Assembly: GCA_021734945.1 (NCBI GenBank)
Contig: JAIPIA010000001.1
Span: 244,415 to 308,414 of the forward strand
From: Minisyncoccota bacterium
Lineage (GTDB): Bacteria; Patescibacteriota; Minisyncoccia; Phycocordibacterales; CAIZLB01
Direction: 5' to 3'
Length of the DNA stretch: 64,000 nt
Position 1 is the stretch's first letter, and the number at the start of each line of letters is the position of its first letter. The position numbers and the translations under genes are program-made. The notes under the pieces are model-generated. The model was not told where the DNA came from, did no database searches, and saw nothing but the letters and a program-made list of their open reading frames with translations. Positions 1 to 9,585 of this stretch are shown here, one piece after another.

Positions 1-428
1 GGAAATTTAGAATTCACAAGAACTGCTAGTTTTTTTGAATTGGTTCCCTCAGGAATAGTAATTTTTACAGGTATATATCCAAAATCACCTGATGCAATTT
101 TTTGAGAGACTTTAAACACATTGAGTGGTTGTTTAAAGATGTATGTTCCGGCAGGTATTTTTTTCTCTTTTCCGTTTGAAACAATAAGATTTTGGGTAAA
201 TTTTGGTTGTCGGACTATTCCATTTTCATAAAGTTCTCGAGAGATACTCTGTGCACCTTGCCCACTTTCGATTGTTATTCTTACAGGATAAACAGTGCTG
301 CTAGGTGCGCTAACCACATATATATAAAAAAGAATAACCCCAATAATAAAAATTGCAAAAAGAGTACTCAGTGAAATAATCACTTTTCTAACTAAAGAAT
401 TGTTATACATTGTGAAGTCGTTAATCAT
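1..428 (-). CDS. mltG: Endolytic transglycosylase MltG, N-terminal part (runs off the window start)
   Basis: Not in the ORF track. Manual translation from ATG 428 gives MINDFTMYNN, a TM helix, then PAGTYIFKQPLNVFKV...VKITIPEG, a typical MltG/YceG motif. The start overlaps the upstream stop (TAATG). Confidence 0.8.
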   Translation of the reverse strand, partial: MINDFTMYNNSLVRKVIISLSTLFAIFIIGVILFYIYVVSAPSSTVYPVRITIESGQGAQSISRELYENGIVRQPKFTQNLIVSNGKEKKIPAGTYIFKQPLNVFKVSQKIASGDFGYIPVKITIPEGTNSKKLAVLVNSKF

Positions 429-1669
429 TATATAGGTAAGTTTGCTGGTGGTTCGGCTTTCTTTGCTGTAATACGTGAAAGTGTTGGTGTCTTTGATACA
501 TCTCCTGGGAAGTGATATACCGTTGCGAGCTCTTCTGTTGTCATAACAAATGGTGTGCCGCTATAACCTGTTGGTATAAACTGTTCATAGAAAAACGCTC
601 GAGCTTTATATTTTCCAAAAAGACTTTTCTTCTGAGATAATACTTTTTTACCCTTGAGATCTTGCCATGGATATTTTACACCTGGGACTTTGGAAGCTTT
701 AAAACCATTTAGATTTTGGGCACCATACTGTCTAAATGAACCCGAAAGACCTGCAATAGTCGTCGGTCTAAATGCACTTGTTTTTGCAAGATACATTGCA
801 CGGATACCACAATCAAAAGGAATTTTTGAAAGGTTTTGTTCAATTGCATCAACTGCCTCCTTCTCACCTTTACTTAGTGACATCGTATTTGGATTTACGG
901 GCTTTTCCTTGTCTATCTTTACGTCACGCTTCATTCTCTTCTTGAGGTCTTCGTTTGCTTCATGCTTCCAATCCACTTTTTCAAACCAAGTTTTAGGTTT
1001 CTTTTTGTCTTTACCGTGGGCACGAATACAAATCTGAATCCAAGCTTGCTCACCTTTTCGCAATGATCCAAGAAATTCAATAACAGGAGTAATAGGGTCA
1101 ATCTTGAACTCTTCTTTTGGATCCTCGTGAAGTTTGTATGCAGTATATGTCTTTATCGGTACATGTGATGGACCAGATTTAACAAACTCACATCCCCAAT
1201 ACTGGTAACTGTCTGGGTCGAACGGTATTGCTCGTGCATAATCTTTGTCGGTAACATCAGCAATTTCAATATCTGGAAATTGAGAATACAATTGGGTTTC
1301 AATCATGTCTTTAAACTTTTCTTTTGTCCAAATGAAGAATCGCACAGAGCCGTCTATGGATACAAGTTCAAGAGAAAACCATGATCGCACAGAGCCATCC
1401 CAATATTTTCCAATCAAATCCCCTTCGCCACCAGGTTGGAACAATGAAGTTATAAAAACTTCCATAGCAAGCGGTGACTTTGTAATACCTTTCGGAATCC
1501 GTAGTTCGAGAAGGGCATATTTTTGCTTAGCAAAAAAAGCAGCCCGTACATAAGCAACCCAACTTTTCCAAAAAGATTTAATAACAAAAATAGTAACTAC
1601 TACTGATACAAGTAAATATAGTAATTTAAAAGCGAACAAAATTATTCCACTTGTAGAAATAGAATCCAT
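428..1669 (-). CDS. Conserved CPR membrane-anchored hypothetical protein (413 aa)
   Basis: N-terminal TM. Motifs LLELRIPK..K.PLAME, FSLELVS, QLYSQFPDIEI and ELATVYHFP recall a Patescibacteria family often associated with VirB4/TraG-like ATPases. Confidence 0.6.
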   Translation of the reverse strand: MDSISTSGIILFAFKLLYLLVSVVVTIFVIKSFWKSWVAYVRAAFFAKQKYALLELRIPKGITKSPLAMEVFITSLFQPGGEGDLIGKYWDGSVRSWFSLELVSIDGSVRFFIWTKEKFKDMIETQLYSQFPDIEIADVTDKDYARAIPFDPDSYQYWGCEFVKSGPSHVPIKTYTAYKLHEDPKEEFKIDPITPVIEFLGSLRKGEQAWIQICIRAHGKDKKKPKTWFEKVDWKHEANEDLKKRMKRDVKIDKEKPVNPNTMSLSKGEKEAVDAIEQNLSKIPFDCGIRAMYLAKTSAFRPTTIAGLSGSFRQYGAQNLNGFKASKVPGVKYPWQDLKGKKVLSQKKSLFGKYKARAFFYEQFIPTGYSGTPFVMTTEELATVYHFPGDVSKTPTLSRITAKKAEPPANLPI

Positions 1670-1789
1670 GTGCGTACATTTTAACTCATATATCAGATTA
1701 TATGAAGTGCAAAACCGTGATAATGGGGATTAGTAAGAGAAAGTAACAAAATATTGGAAATTCAGAATTTCAATATATCCAACTTATAA

Positions 1790-2251
1790 AATAAATAGAC
1801 CTGTACCGCCCGTCTATATGTAGAGTGGTAGGATTTGATGTCCACCATTGTTCTAAATATAAACAAGACGATACAGGCCGTTGTGATGAGCTGTCTATTG
1901 CACCATTGGCGCCAACTTGCGTGGACACTTAGTTATGCAATGTGCAGCTCGGCAAGTTCAAGCAGTTGATCGAGGATGGAAGCCTCGGTGTTTTATGCTG
2001 GCACCCTGCCTTGGAGTGGAGACGACAACACACAAAGATGTGCCACAGGCAACCCGTAGGTTGTGGCTGTGGTAAAAATCTTCCGAACCGGTCTGTGTGT
2101 GGTTGCTTGCGATGAACATTTTCATGGCGGTTTCTCCTGTTGAGGTTAATTAACACTTCTAAAGCCAAACCTTCAGCTCTAGATGCACCTGCGTCTTGCT
2201 CGCAGCACTTTAGGATATGACCTTTGTGCTGAATAACACTACGGATTGCAT
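1790..2251 (-). ncRNA. Candidate large structured RNA (about 460 nt), family unknown
   Basis: Promoter-like TTGTAC-18-TATATT at 2287-2258. Many nested stems with G-U pairs that work on the minus strand, a C(UACG)G tetraloop stem (2043-2072), and a long 3' stem followed by an AT-rich tail. Confidence 0.45.
1958..2125 (-). CDS. Possible small ORF (55 aa) inside the structured RNA
   Basis: AGGAGA upstream of ATG; MKMFIASNHTQTGSEDFYHSHNLRVACG...; no recognisable domain, may be spurious. Confidence 0.25.
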   Translation of the reverse strand: MKMFIASNHTQTGSEDFYHSHNLRVACGTSLCVVVSTPRQGASIKHRGFHPRSTA

Positions 2252-2386
2252 GCTTTAAATATACACCCACTTTTTGAAACTGTACAAATGCTGTTTTGCA
2301 CAAGTAAATGACAAAAAAACCACACATCTTAGGTGTAGTATTTTTGAATAGAGTCTAAATTTTATTTAATTTTCTACAAACTTGAT

Positions 2387-3436
2387 TTATTTGAGAGCTT
2401 CTCCAAGTGTGTATTTTCCTTCTTTATCTTTTTTGAAAAACTTAGAGTTCTGAAGATTTACGAGGATAGTATTTTCTTTTACATATCGCTCCTTCATAAC
2501 TTTCTGGATGATTTCCTCTTTTGTTAGTGGACCATGCTTTTCAATCATCTTCTTTATAACTTCTTTTACAACACCACTTGCATATCCCCATTCTGTAAGT
2601 GCATAGAGTCCTCGCCCAACAAGTACAAACCGTTTATCTTTGATAAGTTCGTTGTGAGTTGTCGCAATGTGTGCCTTTTTATTAAAAAGTTTCTCGATAA
2701 GTTTAGCAATATCACGGAAGTGAATAGGTGATCCATGTTTCCGCATAGCTAGATATGCATAATCTCGAATACCTTTTGTCTTGACGTTTTGTGAGTTAGA
2801 TTTTCCCCATTCGCCGAGTGGATTCTTTGACATGTTCTTAGAGATACCAAGCCATCGCTTAGCAACTTCTTCGTTTCGGTATTTTTCATTTACATCCTTG
2901 AGGTGGTCAAGAAATGATTGAACCATTTCTGATTCTGGAACAAGATCGTCATCGTTGAGACTCTTGTACATCTTTCGGAGTGCATCATGAATCTTCTTTG
3001 AAAGAGAAACATCTACATGCCATCGGTGTTTAAACTCTGGATCTTCCTTTTCTTTTTTGAATGCGTCACCAACAACAAGCATGAAGTGAACATGGTTTTG
3101 AGTTGATTCATCTTTTGCAAAATGTTTGAGAAGCTCTTCTTCGCCAACCATACCGCCGAAGTCGTGGATGTGAGTATAGAGTTCTTCAAAAGTAGCTTTC
3201 TCTTGTTTGTAGAATGCAGACTTTCGAATGTTCTGAAGAGCTGCATGCTCAATCTGTCGTACTCGCTCTCGAGTAATAGAATACATCTCACCAATAGCTT
3301 CAAGAGTCATTCGCTCGTTGTTTTTGTCGAGACCGTAACGCTTTGTAACTACGAGACGTGATCTTTCAGGTAATGCTGAAAGCAATCTTTTTGTAATATT
3401 TTTCGGCTTAAATGATAATTCGGCGATGTTTGTCAT
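2387..3436 (-). CDS. Sigma-70 region 4 HTH + HARE-HTH (RNA polymerase delta-like) protein
   Basis: N-terminal RYGL...TLEAIGEMYSITRERVRQIE (sigma r4); C-terminal HNELIKDKRFVLVGRGLYALTEWG. Confidence 0.8.
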   Translation of the reverse strand: MTNIAELSFKPKNITKRLLSALPERSRLVVTKRYGLDKNNERMTLEAIGEMYSITRERVRQIEHAALQNIRKSAFYKQEKATFEELYTHIHDFGGMVGEEELLKHFAKDESTQNHVHFMLVVGDAFKKEKEDPEFKHRWHVDVSLSKKIHDALRKMYKSLNDDDLVPESEMVQSFLDHLKDVNEKYRNEEVAKRWLGISKNMSKNPLGEWGKSNSQNVKTKGIRDYAYLAMRKHGSPIHFRDIAKLIEKLFNKKAHIATTHNELIKDKRFVLVGRGLYALTEWGYASGVVKEVIKKMIEKHGPLTKEEIIQKVMKERYVKENTILVNLQNSKFFKKDKEGKYTLGEALK

Positions 3437-3542
3437 AGGTTTATGCTGTTATTTTTAGCACATTGTTCAATAATAGTCAACATATGCTAATGGTTCTTGT
3501 CAAGGGTAGGTCTTGACAACTAAAAATGGCTAGTAATAAGGC

Positions 3543-6161
3543 TTAAATTGCAGGAGCAACAAAGTTAATCAACTTACCTTTCACATATATTACCTTAGTT
3601 GGCTTAGTATCACCCAATCTTTTAACTATCTCGTCAAGCTTAAGAGCGAGCTCAACTACATGAGCTTCTGTATCATCAGATACAGTCATTGTTGCACGAA
3701 CTTTACTGTTAATTTGGACTACAATTTTGAATGTACTTGATTGTAATTTTGTAACATCATATACAGGCCACGCTTCTAAGTGGATGCTTTTTTTGTTTCC
3801 AAGTTGTGACCATAAATCCGCTGTAACATAAGGCGCAAATGGAGCGAGGAGTTTAAGTAATATTTCGTAGTTCTCTCGACTTATCTTGCGCTCTGAGAGT
3901 TCCTTTTGCTCTAATTGAGTATTTTGACCTACAGACTGTGTTTCTTTTTCGAGTGCGTTTAAAAGAATCATAAGAGATGAAATTGCAGTATTGTGTGCAA
4001 AACTTTCTATATCCTCCCCTACTTTTTTAATAGTTCGGTGGATCAATGATTCAAGTTCATCATTTGAAGTCTGCTCAGATTTTTTAGTAGTTTTTGATTC
4101 AACTTTTTGTAATAGCCGATACACACGCTCAATAAATCTACGTGACCCAATCATATTGTCTGTACTCCAGGCTATTCCGGCTTCAAATGGACCCATAAAC
4201 ATTTCATATACTCGAAGTGTATCTGCACCATAAAGCTTTACGATGTCATCAGGATTAACAACGTTTCCATACCTCTTACTCATCTTTCTACCGTCAGGAC
4301 CTGCAATTAATCCCTGATTCTTTAGCGACATGAATGGTTCAGATGTTGAAACAGCTCCAATGTCATACAAGAATTTGTGCCAAAAACGAGCATATATAAG
4401 GTGACGTGTAGCGTGTTCTGCTCCACCTACGTACATATCTACTGGCTGCCAATACTTTTCTTTTTTCGGGTCTACGAGAGCTTTGTTATTTTTAGGGTCA
4501 ATAAATCGGAGATAGTACCAACATGAACCGGCCCATTGTGGCATTGTATTTGTTTCTCGCTTTGCAGGAGTCTTACAAACTGGACATTTTACATTTACCC
4601 ATGCATCAATAGCTGCAAGCGGTGATTCTCCTGTGCCTGTAGGTTCGTATGACTTTACGTTCGGGAGCTTGAGAGGAAGATCCTTCTCAGGAACAGGAAC
4701 AACTCCACATTTTGGACAATGTATAAGTGGAATAGGTTCACCCCAATATCGCTGTCGTGAAAACACCCAATCTCGGAGTTTGTAGTTCGTAACAAGCTTT
4801 CCAAATTTCTGTGCAATTTGAATCCGGGCATCTTCAGAAGATATATTTGAAAATTCACCAGAGTTACAAGTACGTCCGAGATGTAAGATTGGACCTTCTT
4901 GTTTTATATATTCTAATTCATCACATTTATATTTTTCATGAAAATTAGCTGAAGCATTTCCATCCATGAATACAGTCTGTTTAAATTCCAAATTATACTT
5001 TTTTGAAAAAGCCCAATCACGTTCGTCATGAGCTGGTACTGCCATTACTGCACCAGTTCCATACCCTGCTAATACATAATCAGCAAGCCAAACTGGAATC
5101 TCTTCATTGTTTGCTGGGTTTATAGCTTTGATACCCTTAATTTCAACTCCGTTCTTTTCCTTCCCTTCAGCTGTTCTTTCGATGTCAGTCTTACCTTTGA
5201 GGGATTCAATAAAAGAATTTATTTCATCCTTATTTGTTGACTGTCCTAGAAGTTGATTAACAAGTTTGTGTTCAGGAGCAAGGACAACATATGTAACACC
5301 AAAGAGCGTGTCCGCTCTTGTTGTAAAGACAGAAATTTTTGTATTCTCTATTCCAGAATATCCATCAACTTTTATTTTAAAATCAAATTCAGCTCCTTCA
5401 CTTCGTCCAATCCAATTTCGCTGTGATTCTTTGATTGATTCAGGCCAATTGAGTGCGTCTATATCTTTAAGAAGTCTGTCTGCGTACTTAGTGATTTTAA
5501 TAATCCACTGTCGTATAGGTTTCTGCTCAACAACTGATCCACATCGTTCGCATTTACCGTCTTCGAGGTCTTCGTTTGCAAGACCAGTTTTACATGATGG
5601 ACACCAGTTGATTGGTTCATGCGATTCGTGTGTAAGACCTTTTTTATGCATCTGCAAAAATGCCCACTGAGTCCACTTGTAGTATTCAGGATCTGTTGTA
5701 TTTATTTCTCGTGACCAGTCATAGTTTAATCCGAGTATTGAAAGTTGCTCTTTAAAGCGTTTAACATTTGTTTTTACTGCAATACTTGGATGCACTTTAT
5801 TTTTGAGAGCGAACTCTTCGGCTGGTAAGCCAAAAGCATCCCAACCCATTGGGTGTAAGACGTTGAATCCCTTCATAGTTTTAAATCGAGAGTATGAGTC
5901 TGTAGCGATGTATCCTCTTGGATGACCAACGTGTAAACCTGTGCCAGATGGATAAGGAAACATATCGAGTACGTACGCCTTAGGCTTGTTCTTATTTTCC
6001 TGAGTCTTGTATATCTTGGTTTTATCCCACACTTTCTGCCACTTTTTCTCAATCTTTAAATGGTCATATGCTTCAACTTTTTTTGGAGAACTAATTTTTG
6101 TTTTGGTAGATATCTTAGCTTTTGTAGTTTTTTTTAATGCCTTCTTTTTACTTGGTTTCAT
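3543..6161 (-). CDS. leuS: Leucine--tRNA ligase
   Basis: MFPYPSG.GLHVGH (HIGH), KMSKR, editing motifs FTTRADT and GTGAVMAVPAHD. Start placed at the ATG of MKPSKK. Confidence 0.97.
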   Translation of the reverse strand: MKPSKKKALKKTTKAKISTKTKISSPKKVEAYDHLKIEKKWQKVWDKTKIYKTQENKNKPKAYVLDMFPYPSGTGLHVGHPRGYIATDSYSRFKTMKGFNVLHPMGWDAFGLPAEEFALKNKVHPSIAVKTNVKRFKEQLSILGLNYDWSREINTTDPEYYKWTQWAFLQMHKKGLTHESHEPINWCPSCKTGLANEDLEDGKCERCGSVVEQKPIRQWIIKITKYADRLLKDIDALNWPESIKESQRNWIGRSEGAEFDFKIKVDGYSGIENTKISVFTTRADTLFGVTYVVLAPEHKLVNQLLGQSTNKDEINSFIESLKGKTDIERTAEGKEKNGVEIKGIKAINPANNEEIPVWLADYVLAGYGTGAVMAVPAHDERDWAFSKKYNLEFKQTVFMDGNASANFHEKYKCDELEYIKQEGPILHLGRTCNSGEFSNISSEDARIQIAQKFGKLVTNYKLRDWVFSRQRYWGEPIPLIHCPKCGVVPVPEKDLPLKLPNVKSYEPTGTGESPLAAIDAWVNVKCPVCKTPAKRETNTMPQWAGSCWYYLRFIDPKNNKALVDPKKEKYWQPVDMYVGGAEHATRHLIYARFWHKFLYDIGAVSTSEPFMSLKNQGLIAGPDGRKMSKRYGNVVNPDDIVKLYGADTLRVYEMFMGPFEAGIAWSTDNMIGSRRFIERVYRLLQKVESKTTKKSEQTSNDELESLIHRTIKKVGEDIESFAHNTAISSLMILLNALEKETQSVGQNTQLEQKELSERKISRENYEILLKLLAPFAPYVTADLWSQLGNKKSIHLEAWPVYDVTKLQSSTFKIVVQINSKVRATMTVSDDTEAHVVELALKLDEIVKRLGDTKPTKVIYVKGKLINFVAPAI

Positions 6162-6222
6162 GTGATTTTCTTGTTTTAGCACTATGGTTGAGTCTATAAA
6201 ACTCGCGATATGCCCTTATGTG

Positions 6223-7233
6223 TTAGTTTTGCTGTTTAATATACTTCTTATTTAGGTAATAGGTCAAATATCCCAGGGCTATGATAAGCAGACCAGAAAC
6301 AAGGAGTGCCAGCGAGAAACTAATACTATCTGCAAAATATTGAACTGATATTTTTATACAATAAATACCTATTGCAATTGATGTTATGACTAAGCCAATT
6401 TGAGTCCTTAAATTAATACTTAATACTACTGCTCCTATAGCTAAGAATGCATAGATGAAATTCCAGAAACCACCTAGGAATAGAGCTGCAAACATAAATA
6501 GAGCAAAAGCAAGGAATGTATATATTGACGAGAGGGTTCTGTTACTTTTAGACGCTATATTACTGTTGTCTTCAACAGCTTTTTTGACCCATGATCCATA
6601 CATGAGATATCCAATCGCTAGAATCATTGAGGCGTATGTTACGACGTCTTTGAGTACATACAAATCGAAACCACTTCCCTTTAAGAATTTAGCGACACAT
6701 GCATAATACGCGACTGTAAAGAAAACAGTTAAAATAATATGAAGTATTTTTTTATGAGTTGCATACAGAGCAACGGCGAATATAGCAAAAAGTACAGTTG
6801 AGACGAGCAGTGAAGAATTGGCAGTGTCCCATGAAGTGGTGGCAACACCATTTATCCAAACAAAACCACCAATAAACAATGTTATAGACGAAACAGTTAG
6901 AAAAACTTGAGTGAGAACATTGTATTGCTCTTTTTTGTATACAAGGATTGCTGAAACAAATGTTGCTAGGCCAAAACCTACTGTTACAAGCCATCTGCCA
7001 GCAAATCCAATTGCATTCCAATTATTTGAAAGCAATACAATTACACCAATAACGGCAATGACACCTCCAATAGTATAAAGAACTTTTGGAACTATCGAAC
7101 TTTTATCAGATGTATCGGCTGTCCCCGTAGTAGCGAGGGTGTGACCTGTTGCGACAGCGATTACCTCGTCTTTCGAAACGATGTTTTGATCTATAGACTC
7201 CTTGATTGTCTTTAAAACTTGTTCTTTGTTCAT
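6223..7233 (-). CDS. Multi-pass membrane protein (DUF2157-like)
   Basis: About 10 TM segments; LYTIGG...NNW motif. Confidence 0.65.
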   Translation of the reverse strand: MNKEQVLKTIKESIDQNIVSKDEVIAVATGHTLATTGTADTSDKSSIVPKVLYTIGGVIAVIGVIVLLSNNWNAIGFAGRWLVTVGFGLATFVSAILVYKKEQYNVLTQVFLTVSSITLFIGGFVWINGVATTSWDTANSSLLVSTVLFAIFAVALYATHKKILHIILTVFFTVAYYACVAKFLKGSGFDLYVLKDVVTYASMILAIGYLMYGSWVKKAVEDNSNIASKSNRTLSSIYTFLAFALFMFAALFLGGFWNFIYAFLAIGAVVLSINLRTQIGLVITSIAIGIYCIKISVQYFADSISFSLALLVSGLLIIALGYLTYYLNKKYIKQQN

Positions 7234-7244
7234 ATTGTATTTGA

Positions 7245-7934
7245 TTAATTTGTTGAATTTTCCGTTGAACTTGCTGTGGTAGTACTTGTTACATTGCCCA
7301 TTGGGCTAGATATTGATTGCAGGGGTTCAATCCATGTCAGAAAATTAAAGTTATTGTCATAGTATGAAACGTCATTTGAGTCTTCGATACTAGTTTTCAT
7401 GTAAGTATTTTTCTTAGAAATATACACTCCTCCATTTGCACCTCCAAATAGTTCTAGTATCCCTCTATTAACAATTCTCTTTGAAACTGAAAAACCATCT
7501 GGAGACAGAGTCTTGCCTTTTACTTCAAGTTTTGTAGCAGCTTCAAAAGAAATTGGGTATACGGTATCTTCCGCAGTTCGATACACAAATAGTTCTGGCA
7601 CTTCTTGTTGAACGACACGGCTATATCCGTAGCAAGGTTCTGCAACTTCTCGCTTATCAAAAATACTGTTTATGTAAGGTTTTTTTACAAGAAAACCATT
7701 TTCAATATCGTAATAACTTGAATATGCGACGCATGAATTATTAATATATTGAGATCGAGAAGTTTCTTTTATAAATAAGAAATCATACTTTGGTTTTGGA
7801 CCAAGACTAGGAAGAATAGATAGGAAGCCGATAATAAGAACTAATAATATAGGCAACGAGATTGCAATAATAGCTGGCAGATTCTGTCGTAAGGTTTCCT
7901 TTTTCATATGATTTAGCGAAATCATGTCGCGCAA
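7245..7934 (-). CDS. Hypothetical membrane-anchored protein
   Basis: N-terminal TM, PKYDFLF and SPDGF motifs; true start probably M4 or M10. Confidence 0.6.
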   Translation of the reverse strand: MRDMISLNHMKKETLRQNLPAIIAISLPILLVLIIGFLSILPSLGPKPKYDFLFIKETSRSQYINNSCVAYSSYYDIENGFLVKKPYINSIFDKREVAEPCYGYSRVVQQEVPELFVYRTAEDTVYPISFEAATKLEVKGKTLSPDGFSVSKRIVNRGILELFGGANGGVYISKKNTYMKTSIEDSNDVSYYDNNFNFLTWIEPLQSISSPMGNVTSTTTASSTENSTN

Positions 7935-8140
7935 TGTCCGATTCTGCTGAATCGTGTCGAGCCTCCGTCCTATTGGGCTCGACCTGCGAGGCGATGCTTT
8001 AGCATAAAGATTATACCATGAAAGCAGGCTTTTATTGGAAGTCTTCAGGATACCTTTCTTTTATTAAAGATGGTTGAACTATATATTAAACACGGAATTC
8101 AATTCATTCCACGCTTCGCTCTGAATTCCCGAATTTTGAG

Positions 8141-9247
8141 CTAGACTCTAAACTCAATCACATCACCATCCTTCACTATGTACTCCTTACCTTCAGTTCG
8201 TACCAACCCTTTTTCTCGCGCTGTCGCAAATGAACCGGCATTGAGAAGTTCATTCCAAGCGATGACTTCTGCGCGAATGAATTTTTCTTTGAAGTCTGTG
8301 TGAATAGCAGTTCCTGCCATAGGCGCATTCCACCCCTTTTCAATAGTCCACGCACGAGTTTCCTCTACTCCAGTTGTAAAATATGTCTGGAGATTGAGTA
8401 AATCATACCCACCTTTAATTAGATCGTTGATACCATCATCTTTTGCACCAAGTTCAATTCTAAACATTTCTTTTTCTTCACCAACGAGATCCATGAGTTC
8501 ATGCTCAACTTTTGCGTCCACAACAACCCATTTAGCGTTTCGCGCTGTCATGTATTCTACCAAAGCTTCATATCGAGCCTCGTGGCCATCTTCGAGTTCA
8601 TCGAGATTTACTCCTCCAGCCTTTTTATTCAAAATATACATAATCGGCTTCATGGTCAGAAGTGCCAAACTTTGAATAGTGAGTTGTTCATCTTCTGTGA
8701 GTCCTGCAGTTTGAGCTAACTCTTCGGCTTCGAGTACTTTTATTACCTTTTCAAGTACTGCTTTTTCAGCAATTGCTGGTTTGTCACCACGCTTCACATC
8801 TTTCTCAACATTGCCAAGACGCTTTGTGACAGTTTGCATGTCAGCAAGGATAAGCTCAAGGTTTATAACCTGAATATCATTCACAGGATTAATTTTTCCA
8901 TCAACGTGAATTACATTTTGATCCTCAAAGATTCGCACAACTTCGGCAATGGCATTTACCTCTCGAATATGTGAGAGAAATTTATTTCCAAGACCCTCAC
9001 CTTCTGACGCACCTTTTACAAGTCCTGCAATGTCAACGAACTCTACTATAGCTGGAACCGTTCGATTTGTTTTTGAGAAATCTGCGAGCTTATGGAGCCG
9101 TTCATCAGGCACAGCAACAACACCTACTGATGGATCAATAGTACAGAATGGATAGTTTTCTGCTGGAACAGATTTCTTTGTTAATGCATTAAAAAGAGTT
9201 GATTTACCAACGTTTGGGAGGCCTACGATGCCGATTGCGAGTTTCAT
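8141..9247 (-). CDS. ychF: Redox-regulated ATPase YchF (Obg family)
   Basis: GIVGLPNVGKST, NYPFCTIDP, DIAGLV, EGLGNKFL, C-terminal TGS domain. Confidence 0.97.
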   Translation of the reverse strand: MKLAIGIVGLPNVGKSTLFNALTKKSVPAENYPFCTIDPSVGVVAVPDERLHKLADFSKTNRTVPAIVEFVDIAGLVKGASEGEGLGNKFLSHIREVNAIAEVVRIFEDQNVIHVDGKINPVNDIQVINLELILADMQTVTKRLGNVEKDVKRGDKPAIAEKAVLEKVIKVLEAEELAQTAGLTEDEQLTIQSLALLTMKPIMYILNKKAGGVNLDELEDGHEARYEALVEYMTARNAKWVVVDAKVEHELMDLVGEEKEMFRIELGAKDDGINDLIKGGYDLLNLQTYFTTGVEETRAWTIEKGWNAPMAGTAIHTDFKEKFIRAEVIAWNELLNAGSFATAREKGLVRTEGKEYIVKDGDVIEFRV

Positions 9248-9287
9248 ACCGTGCAGTCTAACAGAAAAAAGGGCTTAAATAAAGGGA

Positions 9288-9530
9288 TTACTTCTGTCCT
9301 CCCTGCATCAACTTCTGCAATTCACCTTGATGCTTTCGCATAACTTCCATAGTTGCAGCCATTTGATCTCGTCCCTGCTTCTTGAGAGCATCAACTTCTT
9401 TGCCAATATTTTCGAAAAATTCTGGATTACTTTCTACTAAACTGATAATTCTATCCTGCTCTGCTTCAGGCACCCCTTTCATCTGGCGCTTGAGCATCTG
9501 CTTCATTAAAAAGTTTTTGAAAAATGCCAT
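9288..9530 (-). CDS. Small helical hypothetical protein (80 aa)
   Basis: Clean ORF co-oriented with neighbours; TAAACT -10-like box 9 nt upstream. Confidence 0.7.
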   Translation of the reverse strand: MAFFKNFLMKQMLKRQMKGVPEAEQDRIISLVESNPEFFENIGKEVDALKKQGRDQMAATMEVMRKHQGELQKLMQGGQK

Positions 9531-9585
9531 ATGGAGATAAGTTTAACAGAAATTAGAGGCCGGCACAATTGACCGATTTAAAGCT

